DNA of 63,374 nucleotides, counting the filler, from Rhabdomonas costata (lineage: Eukaryota): NCBI GenBank assembly GCA_019059605.1. It is 52 parts of 52 records of this genome, joined end to end, with 100 filler letters (N's around TTAATTAATTAA, not from the genome) between each part and the next. Parts side by side here need not be neighbours in the genome. Positions count along the whole stretch, not along the records: positions 51,270 to 52,390 come from JAHMHO010027580.1; positions 52,491 to 53,611 come from JAHMHO010027581.1; positions 53,712 to 54,831 come from JAHMHO010027582.1; positions 54,932 to 56,052 come from JAHMHO010027583.1; positions 56,153 to 57,273 come from JAHMHO010027584.1; positions 57,374 to 58,493 come from JAHMHO010027585.1; positions 58,594 to 59,713 come from JAHMHO010027586.1; positions 59,814 to 60,934 come from JAHMHO010027587.1; 44 more parts are not named here. One strand, written 5' to 3'. The translations under genes and the position numbers were made by a program. The notes beneath the pieces were generated by a model. It was given only the letters and a program-made list of their open reading frames with translations. It did not search any database and was not told the origin of the DNA. Below are positions 52,292 through 63,374 of the stretch, one piece after another (position 1 is the stretch's first letter; each line of letters begins with the position of its first letter).

Positions 52292-54117
52292 CTGAGACCT
52301 CTTGGTCTTGGATTTCGAACTTGACTTTCCTCCTAAGAAAGTGCAGCACCACACAGATCAAAAAACTGTTGCCAAGGTATTACCAAAAACNNNNNNNNNN
52401 NNNNNNNNNNNNNNNNNNNNNNNNNNNNNNNNNNTTAATTAATTAANNNNNNNNNNNNNNNNNNNNNNNNNNNNNNNNNNNNNNNNNNNNGGTTGTGGGG
52501 TGACAGATCCGTACGCCATTTCCACGGTAAAAAAAACAAGCAAAGAAAACGAAACGAAACAAAGGCCGCGTGAACAAAACCTAAGGAAGCAAAAAAAAAG
52601 ATGCGGAACAAACACAAACGGGGTACAAAATAACCTTAAAAAACCACACAGCCTACCACCCTACCTCATCGCACTGATTTTCATCTTTGTTTTTGCTGGA
52701 ATGGAGAATGGCTCCAAGCACATACACCGAGAGCACTGACATTTCCAGGTGGGGACCCCAAGGGACAATCCCCGTGGCAGGGTGCTTGGGTTCACATGTG
52801 CTGTGTGTGCTGCGTGTAAGCGAAAAAGGCGAATTCCATATTGTGATGGATTTCGGCTGTCCGAAACATAACAGGGAAGATGAGAGGGCGCTAGAGTGGG
52901 TAGAACTTCACAGGATACAGGATAGAGACGCAGAGTGTTCTTGGGGAGGTGCCATTCCTTTCTAATCTCTCTTTAATATTCTCGACAGCCGCATGACCTC
53001 TGGAAACAGATTCAAACTCACCACTCCCCGCTTCAGCACCAGTTTTATGGGTGCAAACTTCCTGAGGCTGTTGCTTCTTGTTTTCTTGTTTTCCATCGCA
53101 GCGGGTTTAACGACAAATTGGGGTTCAGGTTCACGACCTTTGCCCAGGGGCTATTGCATTTCTTGTAACCGGCCAATATCATGATGCACACTGACTCTGA
53201 AAGGATCGAGAAAGATGCCAAACAGAAGCTGACAGTTTGTTGTTCCTTTCTTGATTGGTTCTACAAACCCACCCACCCACACAACACGTGAGCAGCACCG
53301 TCCCTCATTGCTATGAGGGCTCATGGCGAAGCTAACGGGGCACACGATTGTTTGAGACACCGAGAACAATTGAAGCTGATTCTAGGACCGGCAAAAAAAC
53401 ACAGCACACAGGCCCGAATGGGCCCAGAGGTGGTCCCTCTCAAAGGGGGGACACACGCACACATCCACACACACAGACACTCAGCCAGAGAAATGGAGTA
53501 ACACACGGGCGCGGAAAGCGCCGTTGCGAGAAAAAAGGGGCACAAAAGAAGCCCGAACAAAAAGGATCAGCGCGTTCAGCATGCGCAGGACAGAATGAGG
53601 AAAACCCCACCNNNNNNNNNNNNNNNNNNNNNNNNNNNNNNNNNNNNNNNNNNNNTTAATTAATTAANNNNNNNNNNNNNNNNNNNNNNNNNNNNNNNNN
53701 NNNNNNNNNNNGTGTTGGGTGTCTTTGGGTGGGGGGGTAAGGCGGTGATTGATGTTGTGATATCGGATATCGACATGGTAATTCTGAAACGGCGCCGTGT
53801 CACACCGTCCTCTTCAGTCTCAAGGAGAGCGGCAATGAGTGCGCTGCCTGCTTGCGCAGGGGAACCTTTCTAACACATTGTTTCCATGCTACCTCTTCAG
53901 CAGACAGTATCAGTGTCAGTATCAGTATGTTATATATAATACAATTTGTTAACACTGCTAGCAGTAGTTTTAATTGCCCCTCCCTTCCTTTATTTTTGAC
54001 CCACTCTTCACCCTTCGTTGATGTGCATGTTGCCAACCTCGCGCACTACTTCACCCTGTGCCCTACCTTGTCGGTTTGATACGGTGTGAATTCAAGGTCA
54101 CCTTTCCGATTTTTCAG

Positions 54118-54454
54118 AATAATCGCAGCAATGTGCTTCTGCATGTCATTCAACTGCAGCGCGCAAGCCCTTTGGCGGCGCCCTTGTCGTTCTGCTCCGA
54201 CGGCCACGGCCACCACTCCGACCTTGAGCTCAGCAGTGAGGGACGGGTGGCGAGGAAGACCAGTGGGCTCTCCACGTACTCCTCGGCTCAGGTCCAAGGC
54301 ATTGCTGTGGCCCTGGGCGGCGAGGGCCATGTTACCCTGCGCATCTTGCGTTGCGAGAACACCTGTGTTGGGGTGCTTCCGCAGTCCCATGCCCCTCTGA
54401 AGCAAGGGAGTGGGGGGGTTGATGAACTGCTTCAGATGGACTCGACCTGGGCAG
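54118..54454 (+). CDS. Exon with a SPRY/B30.2-like beta domain start
   Basis: DLELSSEGRVARKT...G.....GEGHVTLRILRCENTCVGV resembles the SPRY pattern L.LS.d...V....G...G.h....I.......vGV. Confidence 0.4.
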
Positions 54455-55449
54455 GCAACCTTAACTCAGACAGAATGTTGTGGTGTTAGCAGCCCAGATG
54501 CCGTTAGATGCGAAATAGGTGTCGCTGTACCCCACCAAATGCCTCAATAAACTCCAAGACCGGTGAGAGCTCGTACCCTGAATCAGTACTGCTGCTGAGT
54601 TGGAAAGATCCAGGGGAGGGGAACGACTGAGGGTTTGCATCAGGGATTTTAAGGAATAAATTGTGACAAGGAGTGAGAAGGCGATCACTGAAATTTATGA
54701 AAAGCGACAGTTGCAGGTGAGGTCACGCCAATTATGATCATGATAATCATCGCACCCCCCCCCCTTCCCAAATAAATTTCACCTCCAACTTCTGAACTCA
54801 TAACGCAAAAGACAAAACCCAAAGACCAACCNNNNNNNNNNNNNNNNNNNNNNNNNNNNNNNNNNNNNNNNNNNNTTAATTAATTAANNNNNNNNNNNNN
54901 NNNNNNNNNNNNNNNNNNNNNNNNNNNNNNNGGGGGTGGTGGTGGTTGTGTCGCAGGAGGGGGCCAACTTGCGCAGCGCGGAGGACTTTGTTCTGGTGAA
55001 TTCTGCGTGTGTGATCCGTTGCATGCAGGCGCACAACAAATGGGATGGGATGTGTATGTGTATGTGGGTTAATTTCACCAAGGTAATCGCTGAAAAGAAA
55101 GCAGCAATGCGGTGTGTGTGTGGGGGGGGGGGGGGTGACGGTGATTGCGACGGCGGTGGAAGTGCTCCAAGTTGGCTGTCAAATCGCGATGGGCCGTTTC
55201 ATTGTGAGGGCTTTCACTCGAGATAAGACGTGGCAAGCTGTGGCAAGACCCCCTTCCAGCCCATCCTCAAGCTCCCAAGCAAAAACGAGGCATCATTCCT
55301 GGCCTTTGCCAACGGGTTACTTTCAGGTGCTGTTGAATGCTATGTGGCTTCTCGCGCTGTTGCTGGCTGCTTTGCTCGCTCGGGTTAGCTGAATCGGCCT
55401 TGCCTGAGGCCGCTTTGGAATCGTGGGACGTGTGCACCACCTCCCTCAG

Positions 55450-55705
55450 GTGCAGCAGCTTCAGGCCGTGGCGCCCCTGGTGCAGTTCTCCGTGGTCAAC
55501 GTGGTGAGCCTTAGATGTTTCCAGACGGACCTCCCTGGTCCAGGTTTGTGTGTGGTGACGAAGCCCGTGACTCTGGGCAAGCTGGCGAAGGCCCTCGACG
55601 CGCTGCACCCGAAGTGCTTCGGGGACCTCCCGTTGGCCTCTTCCGGCAGTCGCAGCCTGGGCGCCTCCGCGAACACGGCCAGCGTGCTGGTCGTCGATGA
55701 CATTG
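55450..55705 (+). CDS. Response-regulator receiver region (hybrid histidine kinase-like), partial
   Basis: VTKPVTLGKLAKAL (end of one receiver domain), a linker, then SVLVVDDI (start of the next receiver domain). Confidence 0.65.
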
Positions 55706-57411
55706 GTGTGGGCTGCTACGCTTATCTGTGGGTTGTCGAAAGGGTTTGAAGGTAGGAAAAGCGCGAAATTACTTTTGCTCTTACTTTTGCCGACACACCA
55801 CGGCAGGATATTTGCTGTGGCTTATGTTGTTTACGTCTGGGAAAGGGCAGTCTGATTTGCGAGGCTCACAGGGAGTCATGTAAAGTTCATGTAAAGGTCA
55901 TGTATTGGCTCACAGGGAGTCGTTTATGTACGAAGTAATCAACGTTTTCAAACGCTTTGGATGCCATTGAACTCCAAGAAACCTGTTTCTAGTGGTGCAG
56001 TAGCAACCCTTTTTCGCTGAGCACCTTCTGAGTTTTAGGATGCCAAAAACAANNNNNNNNNNNNNNNNNNNNNNNNNNNNNNNNNNNNNNNNNNNNTTAA
56101 TTAATTAANNNNNNNNNNNNNNNNNNNNNNNNNNNNNNNNNNNNNNNNNNNNGTGGTGTTGGTAGTGGCGCTGCTTACGCCGTGAATAGCGTTCGCTATT
56201 CATGAACATGGTTCGCTACTCGAACATGCACATAAAATGTTTTCCATCACCTTTCTCTTCTACCGTCTCACAGAACGCTTCGTGGGCGAAACATGGCGCA
56301 ATTGAGAGCAGTTGTCGCAAGCGCTTGAGAAACCTGCACCTAACACTAGGCGTAAAACGCTTCCATGCGATCACGTAACCCCGTAAGGTCCGTTCCGAAG
56401 GTTTTGCATAGCGGACGCTACTAACGACTGAGCAGCGAACTCTCCTATTCTGCTCGTGAATGGGTGGGGGGTGGGGGGCAAATGAGTCCAAGGCAAGCTA
56501 GGTGAGGAACCCACCAAGCTGGTTGTTTCCGCTTGCAATAAAGGAACCACAAAGAAGTAACACAAGCCAGACGTGGGCGGCTCACCGCTAAATTTTTGGC
56601 CTACTGCAATCGCTTCTCAGGTTTCTTGTTACCTTATAGTTTTGTGCGTTGCTGCATTTGTCACTCTTCTCCTTTTTCCGCACCGTCAGTTTGACACCAA
56701 CACGGACATGGTGCTGCAGATTTTAAACCACGAGGCCCTCTTTGACAGGTGTGTGTGTGTGTGTGTGGTTGCCCAAACGGCGCCCAGTCGTGAGGGCAGG
56801 GCCCAGCAGAACCCAGAGCGAGACAGACGCCATGCACCACCCCCGATGACGGCCGACGCCTGAAGTGCGCGGGGGAGAGGAATGTCAAGCAAAGCGGAAG
56901 GAGCCCCACAAGTCAGGAGGAGATCAGCGGCAGAGAGAATGGGAATGGCTGGAATGGACTGAGGAGCGAGAAATGGTAAGAGCAAAGAAGACGACGGTGG
57001 GAAACCGTGGAGATCAATACGGACAAAAATGGGCACAATGGGCATGGGAGCAAGAGAGAGAAAGGAGAACAGCGGTGGCGGCGACAGCATTGGGAGCGGA
57101 AAAGTTGCAGCGGCAAAGAGAGGAGTGCAGCAGAAATGGGTGGCAGCAAGTGAAGCAGAGGTGGGTCAGAGACCAAGCGACACCAAGGGGTGAGCAGGAC
57201 CTGAGAAAGATGGGAAGGGAAGCGACGACCCAGAATGGGCGGTGGAGACCAGTAAGGGGAGTGACAACCACCCNNNNNNNNNNNNNNNNNNNNNNNNNNN
57301 NNNNNNNNNNNNNNNNNTTAATTAATTAANNNNNNNNNNNNNNNNNNNNNNNNNNNNNNNNNNNNNNNNNNNNGGGTTGTTGGGAAGCAACCCTAGACAC
57401 CCCCCCCTCAC

Positions 57412-58208
57412 CTCGGCGCTTCCTTGCCAGGAAGTCCCGCAGCGCTTCCTCGAACTCGGCCTCGGGCTGGCAGTGCGCCATCATAGGGTTCCAGGTGTTC
57501 ATCGTGCACACCCATCTCTGCCGCTCCGAGGGAATTGCCTGGCCGCGCTCCACAGTGCTCCACTGCAGGCAATGCTCACACTGCACAAAGCAGGGCAGCC
57601 CCCGGGACCCCAGCAGCAGCCTCTCCTCCGGTTCGCCGCGGCACTCTGCTCTGCTACGCTTCTGCTTCAACTTTTGCGTCTTATCCCCAGCCATCACAGA
57701 AACCGAAGAAAGAGATGGCGGCGGGGACGGCGACGCAGAGGAAGAAGGTCGGCCGTTAGGTGGTTCCCCTGCATCTGCCTCTGGTCCCGGGTCCCTGTGC
57801 TCGAGGGAGGGTGCAAAGCTGGGTTCTGGGACTCCTGCTTTCCGGCGCTTCTTTGGCAGAGTCAGCTTGGCGGAGTGCTTGCCTGCCCGTCGCTTGGCAA
57901 GAGGTCCTACCCCAACGCAGCTGCTACGAGGGAAGGCGTCAGCTTCGTCGTCACTGTCGCTGCCGAAACCCATCCACCCCACTCCCCCGCGGGGCGGATG
58001 GATGGGGGGAAGCGGAAGCGGCTTCTCCCGGTGCAATGGCGCCGCGTCCAGCAACCGGCACAGAGAGTCATGGAAAACGGTGAGATGCTCAAGGTGGGTC
58101 GAGGTAGCGGTGGTGGCGGACAAACAATCCTCGCCCTGGGAAGGCGAGGTGGCAGAGCGCATGGCCAGCCGTAGTGCAAGGCGGTCCACAGCAGTGCAGC
58201 ACTGGAGG
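57412..58208 (-). CDS. CW-type zinc finger protein, partial exon
   Basis: FVQCEHCLQW...WVCTMNTWNPMMAHCQPEAE fits zf-CW (WVQCxxCxKW...WxC..N.....C). A basic NLS-like PKKRRK lies upstream. Confidence 0.82.
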
Positions 58209-58593
58209 CTGTGAGTGGTGACACACGAGTTCATTGCTACCCCACCAATTTCCAGCCTCTAATATCTCGGATCACAAAAAAAGAAGCAAACAAGAACGAC
58301 AACCCAAGGGAAAGGGCGACACAGCATGGAAGCTCTGCGGTGATTCACGAAAAAACGGAGTGATGCAAATTTAGCACAAAAAGAACAAAAAGGGGACAAA
58401 AACGGCTTGGCACTAGGTCGGACACCTCTTGTCTTTGTCCTGTGTAGTTATGCATTGCTGGCGTGTATGTAGCGCTCGCGCGCTCCACACACANNNNNNN
58501 NNNNNNNNNNNNNNNNNNNNNNNNNNNNNNNNNNNNNTTAATTAATTAANNNNNNNNNNNNNNNNNNNNNNNNNNNNNNNNNNNNNNNNNNNN

Positions 58594-58978
58594 TGTGTTA
58601 CAGAGGTGTGCAATCATGCTTGTCCGCAAGCCTAACGTCGGCCTTGTGCCGCAGCAGCAGCTCCGCCGTCTCGCGGTGGCCATTACGGCTGGCGATATAC
58701 AGAGGTGTGCACCCATGCTTGTCCGCAAGCCTAACGTCGGCCTTGTGCCGCAGCAGCAGCTCCGCCGTCTCGCGGTGGCCATTACGGCTGGCGATAAAAA
58801 GAGGCGTGCATCCGTGCTTGTCCGCCAGGTTGACGTCGGCCTTGTGCCGCAGCAGCAGCTCCGCCGTCTCGTGGTCGCCACGGTGGCAGGCAACGTAAAA
58901 AGGCGTGCACCCGTGGGTGTCCGGCAGGTTGACGTTGGCCTTGTGCAGCAGCAGCAGCTCCACCCGCTCCGCACTGGC
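58594..58978 (-). CDS. Ankyrin-repeat protein with near-identical 99-bp tandem units
   Basis: GCTPL.IASRNGHRETAELLLRHKADV.LADKH repeated. Nucleotide period is 99 (58602, 58701, 58800, 58899). Confidence 0.95.
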
Positions 58979-59838
58979 CTTGGGGTGGGCTCGCAAATGA
59001 CCCCTAAGACCGTCAATCGTCTTCACTCCGGGAAAGGCCTTACCTATATGCAGAGAGAACAATGGTTATCCACGTTGGCTCGGACGCTCCGGAAGGTGAT
59101 GAAAGAGTGAGGAGTAACACAAATCCAAAAAGTGGAAAGCTTAAAAAACAAACGTACTCGGAAAGTACGCGATGCATTCCTGAGTAGGTTCAAGAGGGAT
59201 TCAAACTTTGGCCTGAAGTCGCATCACTCGACAATGGAACCGAAACACGAGTTGTTTCGCCTCAACATCACCCTTTTACCGTCCCAGAGAAAACAAACAC
59301 CAGTTCCACACAGACGTGCAACCGAACTTGGAGCCTCATCTCTGCCCGCAGGATGTCGACCTGTCAGCTTTCATTTTTGGGAGATGGAAATCTCTCTCTC
59401 TCTTTTTCTCACAAACATGCGTCGCACCGCACCGCAAAGCTGGGTGAGCTCCCAGAGGGTGAGTGCCTGCAGGGCCTCGGACTCCCAGCCCGGGCTCGTG
59501 TCGCCCTGGCGCTGTCGCAGCTGGGCTGCCACCGTGGCAGCCTCCTCGCGGCGATCCATCAGCACTGCGCAGCACAGCAGGCCAGAAGTAACCCCCACGA
59601 GGGAGCGCTGGAGCTGCTCCCGTTGCTCCTCCTGCAGAGCATCTTTGGCCTCGCGATCCCCCTGAAGACCACAGCCACCATCCTCCCTGCCCCCATTCCA
59701 TCCCAAAAACCCCNNNNNNNNNNNNNNNNNNNNNNNNNNNNNNNNNNNNNNNNNNNNTTAATTAATTAANNNNNNNNNNNNNNNNNNNNNNNNNNNNNNN
59801 NNNNNNNNNNNNNGTGTGGGTGTGTTTGGGGTGTGGGT

Positions 59839-59934
59839 GGTAAAGAATTAAATATTGGTGTAAATCAATCAGGTGAAGCTTATGAACGCTGGAGCGCACG
59901 GATTATTATAGTAGAAGACACAAAATTATTCTGA
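59839..59934 (+). CDS. C-terminus of a viral-type protein, possibly minor capsid (penton)
   Basis: GKELNIGVNQSGEAYERWSARIIIVEDTKLF-stop resembles the G..L...G..WS..L.I terminal strands of Polinton-like/NCLDV pentons. Only 31 codons are visible. Confidence 0.35.
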   Translation, partial: GKELNIGVNQSGEAYERWSARIIIVEDTKLF

Positions 59935-59994
59935 TATATTTATCGATATTTAAAGACAAGTGTTGTATTTTATTTATAAACACATAACAACACA

Positions 59995-60735
59995 ATGTCG
60001 TACAAAGTTTATAAAATTAGTGATGGTAATAAAACATATATTGGCTCGACTACAAAAACAATACCAATTAGAAAGGCACAGCATCATATTGCTTTCAAAG
60101 ACGAAAAAATAAAATGGAAATTGTACATATATTGGCGAGAAGTTGGTTGGGAAAACATGAAATTCATCGTAGTTAGAGATGATATAGAAGATAAAAACGA
60201 ATTAAAAAAACTTGAAGAAGAAATAATACGAACTATTGAAAAAAAATAACTGTCTAAACACAATAAAAGCATATTGCCCAGATTATGAAGCTTGTAGGAG
60301 CATAAATTCAGGAATAGGTGAGATCGAAAAAATTGAAATGAAAAGGAAGAATAGACGTGATTTTTATGCAAGACACAAAAATAATGAAGAATGGATGAAT
60401 CAGGAAAAGGAAAGAAACAAGTTAAGAATGAGAGAAAGGCGCAAAATTCAGACGTTAAAGCACAACAAAACCTAAGAGCAAAAGTATATTATGAAAAAAT
60501 GAAGGATGAACCAGATTTTAAACAGAAACAAAGAGAAAAGAATTTTAGATTCCACAAAAAAGAGAAAATTAAAAGAGTAGAAAAAAGAAAGATAAATGAA
60601 ATCTCAAGGGAAATTAAGAAAAATGAATATAAATGTGAATGTGGTTCAATTATAAGACTTGAAGAAAAGAAACGACATGAAAAAACAAACAAACATCAAA
60701 CATGTATAAAAGATCAAGAACAAACAGTTGAATGA
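59995..60735 (+). CDS. GIY-YIG endonuclease with Lys/Glu-rich helix and C-terminal CxCG...RH..T.KH zinc finger; split by two frameshifts
   Basis: KVYKISDGNKTYIGSTT...R...H...EEE.I then CLNTIKAY (frame 2) then KCECGSIIRLEEKKRHEKTNKHQ (frame 1). AT-rich and intronless. Confidence 0.85.
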
Positions 60736-60770
60736 ATTTAAATTTATTTTTCTTAACTTATTGTATATAA

Positions 60771-60934
60771 ATGACGACACACAAAAACGGTTTATATTCA
60801 GGAAGCGGTTTCCTATATGATGCATCACGATTATTTACACAAGAGAAGTATCCAGGTGAAAGATATGTTCCAGGATTTCAATATTTAGGACCGTATACGT
60901 CTTTAAAAGATAGAATGGATACTAATTATAACCC
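60771..60934 (+). CDS. Parvovirus VP1u-type phospholipase A2 domain protein (Polinton/adintovirus type), 3'-truncated
   Basis: GERYVPGFQYLGPYTSLKDRM matches E.H.PGY.YLGPGT.L..RL. The N-terminal SGSG/F resembles an adenain-type cleavage site. The HD catalytic dyad would lie beyond the contig end. Confidence 0.72.
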
Positions 60935-61337
60935 NNNNNNNNNNNNNNNNNNNNNNNNNNNNNNNNNNNNNNNNNNNNTTAATTAATTAANNNNNNNNNN
61001 NNNNNNNNNNNNNNNNNNNNNNNNNNNNNNNNNNCCCCCCCCCCCCGAGCGTCACGAGCGTCTAAGACGACGACCTTTCCTTTCTCTTCGACAAACGAAT
61101 GCGAAAAAATGTCCACAAAGCTGCTACGATGACAAAAGGGGAAGGGCAAGGACAAGGGAGGTTGAACAAGACAATATACCGTGACATCCACGCTGTGAAG
61201 CTCAACTCGCACCCCGTGCATGGTCAGCTGGACCTATCACAAACAAGCGCAAGCAACAAGCACACTGAAAAAATGTCTCGGAGGAAAAACAACCGTGAAA
61301 GCAACCGTGACAATTTGCGAGGTTTCGACTTTGTGTG

Positions 61338-61373
61338 GATACAGATACAGATACAGATACAGATACAGATACA
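61338..61373. repeat. (GATACA)6 microsatellite
   Basis: Directly visible. Confidence 0.95.
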
Positions 61374-63169
61374 GCCACCGCCCTTATCCCGAGAGACGCT
61401 TCAGAACCTTGGGCTTGTCGGTGTCCAGGGAGATGCGGTAGAACAGGTGCACCACAGCCCCACTGACCTTGACCGAGGCAAGCCCACTGCCTGTGGGGGA
61501 GTGGGCGACGTTCGCAGACCCCTCGCAAAAAGCACCTCCCCGCCTCCAGCGCAGGAAATAGTGAAAGGGGATCAAGGCGGTGGCACACGAAGCAGTATCT
61601 TATTATCTTTTGATGCGGCTGTGGTGTACCCAACGGGAGTTGAGGTGGTGGTGGTGGGTATAAATGGCCACCAATGAAACCAATGTTCACCATCGTTGGT
61701 TGCCGATAGTTACCAATGAGAATAGCTAATCATATTACCCACTCCACCTCTGCACGCTGTTGATCCAAAAGGTTTGCAAAAAAAAGCAATGGGGGGGGCT
61801 TACGGCTTGGGGGAGAAGAAAAAGCAGCGGGGAAGATGCCAGGATAAAACCAAAGCAGCTATTTTCCTGAGACGACGTTCACGTTCGCATAAGAGTGAGA
61901 GAGAACAATAACAGCAACAACAAATATACATGTACAAGCGTAGCCCCGGAAAAACGCTTCCCCTCTGAGAGGAACAAAAAAACCTGTAACGTAGGGAAAG
62001 CTGAGCTTGCCATACTGCCACTGCAGGTTTTGCAGGCAAGCCGAGACCTCAGAAACGAAGACCTGCACAGAAGAGGGCACAAGTGCGAGACTTGCCTGCT
62101 CCGTGTTTGCTTACCGATCGAGCAATGCCTGCGTTTTTTGAGATCCCACCCCACNNNNNNNNNNNNNNNNNNNNNNNNNNNNNNNNNNNNNNNNNNNNTT
62201 AATTAATTAANNNNNNNNNNNNNNNNNNNNNNNNNNNNNNNNNNNNNNNNNNNNGTGTGTGTGCGTAACAGTGGAAGCCCGTGCGCATCTGCGGAGCGCT
62301 GCTCGGTGGATCCAGAAACGGTGCCCCGGGTTTCCGCCTCGGTGGTCCCCATCCTGGGCTGCCCGGAGGGGGGCTACGCCTTCGCGGTTTCAAGGAAGGG
62401 ACCTTCGGAGGACCGCCAGGTTACAATTGACCTTTTTTCTTATTTATCTCCGGCAAAGTCCCGTGCAAAAGTCAACTTCCGTGCTCATTGCCCATTGTTT
62501 TGAATATCACTCAAGGCTTACTTTCTGGAACTGGCATTGGTGTCTGCGTATTGGTTGGATTTTAGTTTTTGAGATCAATGCAGTGCGAACATACCGCATC
62601 TGTGTGCAGCTTTGTCAACGAAGTGGGGCACGAGAAAAGGAAGGCAAACACAAAATAACGGCGGCGCTGATGGACGGTGACCTTCAGCCCTTTCCGAATT
62701 TCCACCGTCTCCCTTCTGTCTCTGTTTGTGGGCAACCATCATTGGTGGAAATCTGCGGGTGATTTTGGGGGGTTATGGCCCAGGTGGAGAAGGGTGATCG
62801 GAGGCTCAGCAGAGTCTCTGCTGTCTCTGGGAAGCCTAGCTCTCCGTCGGCTGGGGAGAACCGCCGGAGCAGTGTGGCTTCGACGGTGACTTCGGGGAAG
62901 CCCCGGCCAAAGCCCCAGAAGGCCGGCCACACAGTCAAGAGCCTGCTGGAGAAGTGGATCTCCAGGTGGCCGTCCCAATGGGACGGTGGTGGATTAAATC
63001 AAATTCGGACGATAATATACCAGATACCTATTGCCACGGTTTTGTCACAGCTATGTAGCTGTCAAGAGGGGCTGCGGAGTCCCAAAAGTGCACTATATAT
63101 ACAAAGCACCCCGAGTGGTTTAGAAAGGACCGCAATGACTGTCAGCGAAACTGAAAAAGAATGAAAGGA

Positions 63170-63315
63170 TGATATTTGATCAACTCGATTTTTGATTTAA
63201 TCATGATTAATCACCGTGACGGGTCCAGGTAGAGTAGTGCAGAGGGTGATTTAACAACAAAAACACGCTTTTCTGGATGATTAAATCATGATTCAATCAG
63301 CTTGATCGAATCAAT
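63170..63315. repeat. Cluster of GATT(T)AATC/ATCATGAT palindromic motifs, possible DNA-transposon subterminal repeats
   Basis: GATTTAATCATGATTAATCACC, GGTGATTTAAC and GATTAAATCATGATTCAATC within an AT-rich island. Confidence 0.4.
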
Positions 63316-63374
63316 TTCAATAATACATAACCACCTTGGCTGTGGGTGATATATTATCTTGTTGCAGCCAATCA

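Noticed and set aside
55863-55921. GGCTCACAGGGAGTC direct repeat pair (and a similar 22-bp pair at about 26356/26431) as a mini-CRISPR
   Set aside because: Only two copies each, inside eukaryotic introns, with no cas genes; ordinary local duplications.
1122-62254. Regularly spaced identical TTAATTAATTAA motif as a CRISPR-like or biological repeat array
   Set aside because: It is always embedded in N44 padding. It is a synthetic six-frame-stop linker between contigs.

Overview
This is not one locus. It is 52 unrelated contigs of about 1.12 kb, apparently length-sorted, joined by artificial 100-nt spacers (N44-TTAATTAATTAA-N44), so gene neighbourhood across spacers means nothing. Contig ends are G/T-only at the 5' side and C/A-only at the 3' side, some carry GenomePlex-type primer remnants, and several start with fold-back chimeras, which points to whole-genome-amplified DNA. 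Most contigs are intron-rich nuclear DNA of a protist, probably a euglenozoan such as a euglenid (inferred from GC-rich exons, loose GT/GC-AG donors and many class III cyclases). Recognisable exons include TOR, eEF3/New1-type ABC-F, Hsp70, an SDR, an RBBP4/MSI1-like WD40 protein, an ASH domain, a zf-CW domain, ankyrin repeats, a GRDP-like domain, a receiver domain and four cyclase-like fragments. Decayed Tc1/mariner and non-LTR RT remnants are also present. Four items stand out: (1) an AT-rich virus-like contig at 59814-60934 with a penton-like C-terminus, a GIY-YIG nuclease and a parvovirus-type PLA2, suggesting a Polinton/adintovirus-like element; (2) a strongly G/T-skewed, mitochondrion-like contig at 26861-27981 with a nad4L-like frame if TGA=Trp; (3) a 236-bp solo-LTR-like element carrying a tRNA-derived Pol III promoter at 2498-2733; (4) a 45-bp motif shared by two independent contigs. 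All protein calls come from motif recognition by eye; no searches were run.
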